NCBI GenBank assembly: GCA_001179505.1 | Contig: CDMY01000853.1 | Span: forward strand, 1-15,281 | DNA length: 15,281 bases | Direction of reading: 5' to 3' | From: Vitrella brassicaformis CCMP3155 | Taxonomy: Eukaryota; Protista; Chromerida | Shown: positions 1-7,905 of the stretch, in pieces | Numbering within the stretch: the first letter of the stretch is position 1 | Layout of the letters: every line of letters starts with the position of its first letter | Notes under the pieces: model-generated | Database searches by the model: none | Told to the model about the DNA's origin: nothing | Seen by the model: the letters and a program-made list of their open reading frames with translations, nothing else | Made by a program: the position numbers and the translations under genes

Positions 1-311
1 AACTTTGACTGATTGGCCAGTCCATCGGTCTTATTAAAGTAAAAGCACTCTTACTCTGGGACTTACCGCGCAGCAGATCCTCTATTCAGCTAACTACAGG
101 AAAGGTCCTCACCGGCCTTTTCGCACACTGCTATCGTATCGTCTCGTCTCCATCTTCATGTACACAAGCTGTCGGCCCGCTTTCACTCCCCTGCCATTGT
201 CACTGCCCGCAGACCGACCCGAACACTCACACATCTACACGTCCCTCTCGGGTTCAGACGATCCGCGCATCGCATCCGAGAAACAATCGCTCAGATGGAG
301 CCGACCCGGCC

Positions 312-319
312 TAGGGTTT
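312..319. promoter_or_regulatory. Single telo-box-like motif (TAGGGTTT / AAACCCTA)
   Basis: Exact 8-mer read from the sequence. A single copy can easily occur by chance. Confidence 0.2.
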
Positions 320-422
320 GAACTTGACATCAGCAGCAGCAAGGTAAGGGCCCAAAAAGCCGACCTCTGCGCCCGGGCCTCAATCAGATGAGCAGCATCC
401 ATCGGTCGTCAGTCATTCATTG

Positions 423-2427
423 TCAGATGAAGAGCTGGGCGTGGGGGTCCCGCGCCTCGAAGAATCGCGTGACGACTCGCTTGACCAAGTCTCGGTGGTC
501 GCAGATGTTCGGGTCAACATTGCGGCCAGTCACGTCGGACTGCACACCTGAATGAATGGACGACAGCAACATAACAACACAACACAACACAACAAATGTA
601 TGGCATTTCTGTGTGAGGGTGTGAGTAAAGTGAGGGTACCGATGATGTAGAGTTTCTTGGCGATGAACATGGGCGACAGGTGCAGCAGGTTCCAGAACTG
701 GTCCCCGTTCTTCTTGACGTTCAGAATCTTCACAACCAAGTCGTCACACATTTGCACCTGAAGGCAGAAAACAAACGGCACGCAGAAAGAACGAACGGAT
801 GCAGGCAGGCACGTGACGAGACGAGACGAGCAGCCTAGCCTCTCTCTGCGCTGCGTGTGTGACATATTGACATACCGAAGTGGCGCTGGTAAGGTTTTGG
901 ATCCACCGTGCAATCTTGGCCACCTCCTCCCTGTCGGTCTCTTCGCACTGCATGAACCGGCAGTTTATGCCGCACACCTCCCACGGGCTGTACCCAGTCA
1001 AATCGCAGAAGCCTGATAGATACATAGATAGATGCACACGACGCACACACACGCGACAGCCACTCAGGAGACGAGACCACACGGAGAGGGTCTGTCTCTA
1101 TGGCACGCCACTGACCTTGCGACACCGAGACGATGGGGCAGTCGTTCTGCGAGGGGTCTGCGAGTGTGGTGGAGAAGGTCACAGAGTCCATGTCGATTTT
1201 GGAGAGCAGCTCGGCGTCGGCCGAGCACCGCGTCATGGATATCTTCATCTGCAGCTCGGACACCAGGCTTTCCAGCTTGGTGATCTGGGTCTTGAGCAGC
1301 TCATTCTCCTCTGAATGAACAAGACACACACACGACTCACGATGAATGGATGGAGGGCGGGTGTGGCTGTGTGAATGCGTGTTTTCATTCGCCCGCCCAT
1401 TTGACCGACTCACCTGTGAGTGAGAGGAGGTCATTGGAGAAGGTCTGGTTGTCGTGTGGCGGCTCCAAAAACTCGGACAGCATGCTCGGCGTGAACACAG
1501 TCGGGTCGAGACGAACCTTCTTGCTGCAGACAGACATCCACACAACACAAAGGACAGCCAAATGAGCAGACAGACAGACACCCATGGGTCACCACACCAC
1601 ACCCTCCTACTGACCGACCTGTTTCGTGTGACCTCTTCGTGCTTCCCGTCATCACTTGCCGCCGACCCATGCCCACAGTCCACCCACTCGTCCCCCCTCT
1701 CGCCACCGGCCCTCGCGGCCTCATCGTCCCCCGCCCCCTTGGCCACCTCACACGGCGACCTTTCCCTCTTGTTGCGCCCGTCATCGTCGCAACGCATCGA
1801 CTCGGCCAAACGCGATGACGGCGAGGGCGACATCCTCGCCTCCCTCCCGACACTCTCGCCCTGCTGCTGCTGCTGCTGCTGTTGCTGGGCGAGGGATGCC
1901 TGCGCCCGCACGTTCTGCATCAGCTGTATGAGAGCGAGAGCCTCCTGCGCGCCTCTCGCGCCCCGCGACGGATCGGAGGAGGCCGCCTCACTGCTCGATG
2001 CTGATGTGTCGGGCTGCCATGACCGAGAAGTCGGGCCGCTGGGTGCGGCACTCGGCTGTGGAGCCATCCAGGAGCCGGGTGGTGGTCGGTTTGACACGAA
2101 TGTGCTGTCGACGAAGCCGCCTCTCTGCTGCTGTGGGAAGGAGGGTCCATAGTGGTAGGTCGGCGGGGAGGCGGGCATGAAGGGCATGAGGTAAGGGTTC
2201 ATGCTGTCGAAGCCACTGGCCCTCCCGCCGCCCCTTCCGTCATACAAATGCGGATTGGTGCCGAATGGCTCTCCTCCGTCGCTGAAGGTCCTCCTTCCTC
2301 CCATCGTGTACGCCGCCTCAGTGTCAGGCTGGCATCGAGGCCTGGGTGACTCGCTCGGCGGCGCCTCTGCTGCCCTCTTCTGCTCGCCAGGGTGGGAATG
2401 GTCGACAGCTGCCGCAGGAGCTGACAT
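423..2427 (-). CDS. Leucine-zipper plus LOV (PAS-family, flavin-binding blue-light sensor) protein, about 497 aa, 6 exons, aureochrome-like architecture
   Basis: Exons (-): 2427-1619, 1523-1414, 1310-1116, 1012-876, 757-640, 547-423. All introns are GT-AG and phase-compatible, total 1494 nt, ending at TGA 425-423. The spliced C-terminus reads TTLADPSQNDCPIVSVSQGFCDLTGYSPWEVCGINCRFMQCEETDREEVAKI...VVKILNVKKNGDQFWNLLHLSPMF...YIIGVQSDVT, matching the LOV consensus (DP..D.PI, F..LTGY, GxNCRFLQ, N..K.G..FWN, GVQ.D). A heptad repeat lies directly upstream. The start ATG at 2427 is the most plausible one but is unproven. Confidence 0.9.
1861..1887 (-). repeat. CAG/CAA trinucleotide repeat encoding a 9-residue polyglutamine tract in exon 1 of the LOV gene
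   Basis: The plus strand reads (CTG)7 TTG CTG, which translates to Q9 on the minus strand. Confidence 0.9.
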
Positions 2428-2545
2428 CGATGTCCACAGCTTGACTAGTGTAACGAGATTCGTGAGAACTTCTTGTCTTCTGCGAGCCAGGCGGTACCCT
2501 GAACCCCAGAACCCTGTAGCGGTTTCCTGAGGGTGAGAGCCCGAT
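2428..2545. promoter_or_regulatory. Very short divergent intergenic region, putative bidirectional promoter
   Basis: Only 118 bp separate the ATG at 2427 (-) from the ATG at 2546 (+), or 163 bp if the phosphatase starts at 2591. Inferred from position only. Confidence 0.4.
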
Positions 2546-3861
2546 ATGTGGCGCTGCCGATCGTCGAAGAGGAGCATCCATGCTGAGGTGATGTCGGGAC
2601 TCAGATCTGAATCCCTGCATTTCATCTGTCGGCCTCACCAAAGCCCTCGAGCTTTCAGCACTCTGCTTGCATCGTCGAAGCCTGTGCCCCTGCACCACCG
2701 CAGCTTTCCTGTTTACCACCAACGAATATCCTCCAAGAGGAGCAGGAGTGGCGGTCAGCGCACTTCGAGCACATGGGCAGTTGAGGCGAGTTCGGCCGAC
2801 GCAGCTGACGCGGAGAAGTTGCTGGTGGTGTTTGATCTGGACGAAACCTTGGTGCACACGAGGGCGGGTGGGCCGCAGCAGAATGGCGGAAAGGGTGTCG
2901 ATTTTGAGCTTTCGATGGAAGCGGGGGATCGGTACTCGGTGTCGGTACGGCCAGGCGCTGAGGCCATCTTGCGGTGGTGCACAGAGAACGGCTTTGAGAC
3001 AGCTCTGTACACAGGTCCCTGAGGCACTCACTCATTCACATGCACTGCACTGCACTGCTGGGTTTGTTGAATGCACTCATCGCATCCATCTGTGTTTGTC
3101 GTGTGTGTGTGGGTGCGTGGGGTGGGTGTCTGATCGGTATATCAGCCGGTGTGGAAGGCTATGCGGAGCGTGTGATGAGGAAGCTTGACCCTCACCGCAG
3201 GTACTTGCCCAGGCGGCTGTACAGAGACTCGTGCAGAAGGGTGGTCATCGGGGGAGGGGGCCCATCAGAAGAAAACGCAAGTGTCTTTCTCAAGGTGAAG
3301 CAAGACAGCTGTACAAAGGCAAAGAAAGAATGGTATGGTGGCCATGTCATGTACTGCTGCTGACTGCCTGTCTCTCTCTCGGTGTGTGTGTAGGACCTTA
3401 GCCGCTTTCGCGGCTGCTTGAAGCGTGTGGTCTTGGTGGACAACTCGCCGCTCTCTTTCTTCATCAACCCAGACAACGGCATTCCAGTCGCAGGTAGGTA
3501 CCACGCAAGCCAAGCACATCGAGCCGCGACAGACACGTGACTGACTGGATGTCTGTCGCGTGACTGTGTGTGTTTGTGTGGGGGCATAGATTTCCTTGCT
3601 GACCACCACAATGACGCGGCCAAGCACTCGTCATACGTGGACGAGTTCGACAGTCTGCGGCAGCTGCTCCTGGACCTCAAGCCGCTCGCAGACGTCAGGT
3701 CAGTCAGCTGCTGACTGACAAGGGCAATGTGGGCAATCACACAGACAGACCATGGGGCCATGTGGATGGTGTGCAGGCAGGAGCTTCGTGAGAGGTTCAA
3801 TCTAATGGACAACCTGGTGACGAAAGTGGTGGTCGGGATGAGCATAGCCAGCCGGCTGTGA
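2546..3861 (+). CDS. NIF/FCP1-SCP (CTD small phosphatase-like) HAD-superfamily phosphatase, about 303 aa, 5 exons
   Basis: Exons: 2546-3014, 3146-3294, 3394-3493, 3590-3698, 3777-3861 (912 nt, GT-AG, TGA at 3859-3861). Motifs: LVVFDLDETLVH (DxDxT), RPG, LYTAG..YA..V...LDP, LYRDSC, KDL, VVLVDNSP.SF..NP.NGIPV, DVR..LR..F.L. Alternative start at ATG 2591. Confidence 0.92.
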
Positions 3862-4349
3862 CGATCGATGAGGGAGGGGGGAGGGGCGCCAAGCGGATGG
3901 ATTGGATGAAGCGAGTAGTTCGGTGCTGGTTTGTCGTGTTCAATACGGGTCTGTCTGTACAGTCAGGGGGAGGGCACTTATGCAGACAGCGTCAAGTGAA
4001 TGAGGCCGCAGCCTTGCCTTGCCATGCTAAGATACTTATATTCACTTTTGCCGTTGACCCCACGACGTGGCTCATTTGGCGTCAAGGGACGACAGCTGTG
4101 CTCTAGACACACAAGGCCCACTTGGCCGAACGGGTCGGCAGGGATCGCATGCGAGACTGGGAGACGCCCACGGCGAAATCCAACCCCCCCCCCTCGCCTA
4201 GACCATGATGCGTTTGTGTCCCGAGAAACAACGCCAACACGGAAACGAGACCCCCTGAGTCAAATGCCGTCCGTCTCGACAGAAATAAAAAATCGCGAAT
4301 CGCTGGCCGTTACCGGTAGAGGATTATTCTTCCACTCAGAGCAAGAAGG

Positions 4350-6199
4350 ATGGCTCTGACCTTGTGGTTGCTGTTAGCTCTGATTGGCGCATGTGGCGCC
4401 CGAGGTCGCCCTTCCATGCCGCTCAAGGTGCCCAACGCCAACACTGAAAGTAAGTACTCACTTGTGTGTAATGTGATATGTGACGAGGGCGGTTTCTCTT
4501 TCTGGCGGGGCGCTTTCTGTGCAGAAAGGCGAGAACTGCTCGGGGCCGTCCACAGAAGGCACAAGAGATGGCGGAAATGGGAACGTCATCATTCGCACAG
4601 CGCAGCTGGCTGTACTGCAGAAGATGGCCGCGGGGACGTCATCCTTCGATGGAACAACCAAACACTCGACACCGTCCGCTCGAAGGAACTTGGGGCGGCG
4701 GAGGCCTCCCGGACCTACGCAATGGTCAACTTGGCCATGTTTGACGCCGTCAACGGCATCGACCTTTCGTCGTCCTCAAGCAAAACCTGCCCCCGCTACC
4801 CAGCCCTTGTTGGGGCTGTAGGAGCCCCCAAGTGCGCCGACAGAGAGGCTGCGGCCGCTGCAGCCGCTCACGCAGTGCTCGCGGGTCTCTATCCGGACAT
4901 GGCTGATACCTACAATGCGCAATTGGCAGAGGATCTTGAGTCCCGCAGCGGAGACAACTTCGACAGGGGCGTCCAGTGGGGCGCCATGGTCGGCCGCCAA
5001 GTCGTCACGGCCCGCAAGGACGACGGGTCGTCCCCGTCGGAAACCCTCGCGAAAAGTGACCAAGTGGGGGAGTTTCGACAGGACTGGACAAGTGCACAAT
5101 ACCGCAATATGGATCCCTTCGGCATCAAAGACAAGGCGCCTTACCGCAGCCCGGGGCCTCCCGCTCTTGACAGTCCCGAATACGCCAGGGACCACAGCGA
5201 GGCGCGTCTGGAAGGCGACGCTAGCGACTTCAACCAGACAAAGGAGGAGATATTCCGGTTCTGGAAGGGTGGCAGCGGCTCCGCCCGGCCCCCAGGTGAG
5301 TGAGTGAGGGGATGATGGTACATACCTACCTCCGTGGCTCACCGGCAGTTTCTCTCGATGCAGGTGAGTGGATCAAGATCGGCCAGGTGGTGGCGGAGCA
5401 GCAAGGGACAACAAAGTCGCTATCAGGAACGGCGCGGCTGTTTGCGCTCTTGAGCGCTGCGTTGGCCGATTCTACCATCGTCGCTTGGGACAGCAAGTTC
5501 ACGGTATGTGTGTGTGGGTGGGGTGTGCACTCAGCTGCACGACTCGACTCATCGACCCGCATCGAGTCCATCGTTGTTCTCTCTCTTTGAATGTGCCATG
5601 CAGTATCGCCATTGGCGGCCCCAGACGGCCATTCGAGAGGCCAACACGGATGGCAACAGCGAGACGGTGCAAGTGGACGGCTGGACGCCGCGAAACGGCA
5701 GCCCGGGAAGCTCACCCGAACACACATCAGGTACACACACGCATACCGTAGCCAACCGTGTACCTGCAGCATGTCGACCCCCTGCCTGTGTCTCTCGTAT
5801 GGTTCTATCTATCTCTTGCTGTCGGCCTGACAGGCCAAAGCACGTTTGCCGGTGCTGGGTCCACCGTCCTGGCCGCCTTCTACTGCACCGACCAAATCAC
5901 ATTCACATTCGAGGGTACTGTGCGCATGAACAGACGTGACGGGCACACACATGTTTTGGATGCGTGTGTGCTGTGCTGTGCTGTTTTGTGTATGGGTCTG
6001 TGCAGGTGACGACGCCATCGCAGGGGAGCGAACGTACACCAGTTTCTCAGAGGCGGCCGCTGAGGCCGGCCAGGCCCGCATCTTTGCTGGTATCCACTTT
6101 CGGTTCAGCGATCAGGCGGGCCAGGCGGCCGGCCGGGCCCTTGCAAACGAGATACTCGGCTCCTTCCTTCGGTGCCGCCATTGCTCACACTGTGCTTAA
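4350..6199 (+). CDS. Secreted vanadium-dependent haloperoxidase-like protein (PAP2/VHPO superfamily, bacterial/fungal VCPO-like type), about 470 aa, 6 exons
   Basis: Exons: 4350-4449, 4525-5295, 5364-5503, 5604-5730, 5834-5914, 6006-6199 (1413 nt, TAA at 6197-6199). The first acceptor could instead be 4620/4621, which keeps the same phase. Signal peptide MALTLWLLLALIGACGA. Family N-terminal motifs VILRWN, ASRTYAMVNLAMFDAVNGI and AAAAAAHAVLAGLYP. Active-site motifs AWDSKFTYRHWRP, PEHTSGQS and RIFAGIHF. Confidence 0.9.
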
Positions 6200-6256
6200 T
6201 TGAAGACAAAATGAACGAGCTGGGGGTGCGAGGGATGAGAGCGGGGTGCGGCCAGG

Positions 6257-6260
<4 letters not shown>

Positions 6261-6288
<28 letters not shown>
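6261..6288. repeat. (TG)14 microsatellite
   Basis: Read directly from the sequence. Representative of many CA/GT tracts in this window. Confidence 0.9.
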
Positions 6289-6293
<5 letters not shown>

Positions 6294-6638
6294 CCAAGCG
6301 GTGATTGGGTGGGTGTTGCTGGTGCTGGCTGGTATTTTTCGGTCACTCGCTGGCAGTTTTTGCGTCCATGCCGTGGCGGCATCGATTGCTATAGCAATTG
6401 TGCAATAGCCCAAGTGAATGCCACAGGCAGTTTTTTCTCTTCCGGTGTGTGGGAGGCTGTCCAGCTAGTGTGTGTCGGCGTTTTGTGCAGTGTGAGAAAC
6501 ATCATCACAGCGACCGACGGACGGACAACGTGAGCGCATTCCAATCTTCCTTCCAAAACAGCCAAGGTTGTTTGTATGCACGTGCGTCCCAACCACCCAA
6601 AGATGGATCGAAGGACGCACGGATGCACTGCTCGTCAG

Positions 6639-7905
6639 ACACACACACACACGAGACGGGTCGATCACAAACGTCCGGCTGCTGTCTGTCTGTCGGTCTT
6701 GACGACACGCTTCTCATTAAATGCTAAAGGGCCCACCACGCAACGCCCCACACAGTGTGTGTGGTGGGCTGGCTGGCAGGAAAGGGACCGAGAAAAGCAT
6801 GGCACGCACTAGCCACCCACCGCCCAGCACAAGAAAACACGCCTGCCTGCCTGCCTGCCTGCCCGCGTCTCCTATCTCGATCCCTCCCGATATCTCTGTG
6901 TGTGTCTGTCGCGTGAAGACCTCCTCGATCGATCCATCGGCCGGTCTGTCGGTTTGCTGACTAGTCAGTCCGTCATTCATTCAGTCATGGCTGTGCGTCC
7001 GTCCAGGTCGATGACGTCCTCCCCCTCGTCGACCATGGCGTCAAAATCGGCGCTCTCCGCCTCGATGTCACAACCAGACGTAATGATGCCAAAACTGATG
7101 ACCGACCGACAAGCACACATGAGGGAGTGGGGAATGTGTGTGTTGGCCAGCTACTGCATTCATTTAGTGCTCACTCTTCGTCGCTGGATGGTGCTGCGTC
7201 CTCCCCATCGGCTGGCTGCCCGTCCTGACCTGGGCCTGCCGCACGGTCGGGCAATGACGCCTGCACACACACACACACACACACACAGATGGACAGTGAG
7301 CGGCAGCTTGGTGCCTATTCATTCGTCCGTCTGGTGGTCGTCTCTCTCACCGCAGCAGTAGGTTGGTCGTTGTCTTGTGTGTGTTGATCGTGCGATGGGG
7401 GGGCTGCAGTGGGGTCGAAATCGGCCTGTCTGCCGCCCTCATCTGGTGAACACCAGACAGACACACCAACACATCCATCTCCGCGTGTCTGTCGAGAGTT
7501 TGTGTCAGTCATATTGCTCACCCACCTGTGGGCTGGTCATCCCGCGTGATGATCTGTCCATCGTCTGAGGGCTCGAACTCCTCGTCGTCATACTCACCGT
7601 CGGCCTCGATCTCCTCCTCTATCTCATCACTCCACACACACACACACACACACATGGCCTCACTCATACACAATGCCCTACCCCTCCCCGCTCGCTTACT
7701 CCAGTGACGACTCGCGAGCAGCCGCTGCCCCAGTGACCGTCGCAAACGGCCCCCCCGCCGTCTTGCCGCCCACTGGCCCACCCAGGTCCAGGTCTTGTGT
7801 CGCCTTCTTGTCATGTGACGAGGTGGTCAGGGAGGGGGCGATGCCCGCCTGTGGTAGCCAAATATCGACGTCGGCTTGGGCGCACCCTGCACACCACAGC
7901 ACACG
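6639..7905. repeat. Diverged segmental duplicate (about 1.27 kb) of 9571..10907, the 3' half of the CEP43-like gene
   Basis: Colinear similarity with multiple substitutions and small indels in the UTR, introns and one exon. Unique flanks on both sides. Both ends fall in CA-rich low-complexity tracts. Confidence 0.88.
6977..7886 (-). pseudogene. 5'-truncated duplicate of CEP43-like exons 8-12 with a 1-nt deletion in exon 8 (pseudogene, or a new short gene if started at ATG 7968)
   Basis: Exons (-): 7886-7700 (187 nt versus 188 nt in the parent), 7629-7526, 7442-7351, 7260-7175, 7094-6977. All splice sites are retained. The parental frame hits TGA at 7829-7827. Confidence 0.65.

Noticed and set aside
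1-420. tRNA, snRNA, snoRNA or a coding gene at the left edge
   Set aside because: No cloverleaf or recognisable RNA motif, and the 77-aa ORF is low complexity with no family match.
1311-1620. Calling the LOV gene a true aureochrome (bZIP-LOV)
   Set aside because: No N-x7-R/K basic region precedes the zipper. That segment is Pro- and acid-rich.
1454-2530. Plus-strand ORFs (232 aa with poly-Cys, 109 aa and others)
   Set aside because: Antisense shadows of GC-rich LOV exon 1. The poly-Cys is just the reverse complement of the CAG repeat.
835-2625. 596-aa single ORF as the protein product
   Set aside because: It reads through introns (microsatellite-like translations) and goes out of frame in exon 2 and after exon 3. 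The spliced model gives a coherent zipper-LOV protein.
2546-3861. Assigning the symbol TIM50, CTDSP1 or FCP1
   Set aside because: There is no TM helix and no BRCT domain, and the subfamily cannot be resolved without a phylogeny.
4350-6199. Ordinary membrane PAP2 lipid phosphatase
   Set aside because: No multi-pass TM pattern. It has a signal peptide and the N-terminal helical motifs of soluble VHPO-type proteins.
6200-6450. SECIS element or selenoprotein readthrough
   Set aside because: The haloperoxidase ends in TAA with no in-frame TGA, and I see no SECIS core.
6172-6728. Several 65-110 aa ORFs on both strands after the haloperoxidase
   Set aside because: Dominated by microsatellite translation, with no recognisable domain and no consistent exon chain.
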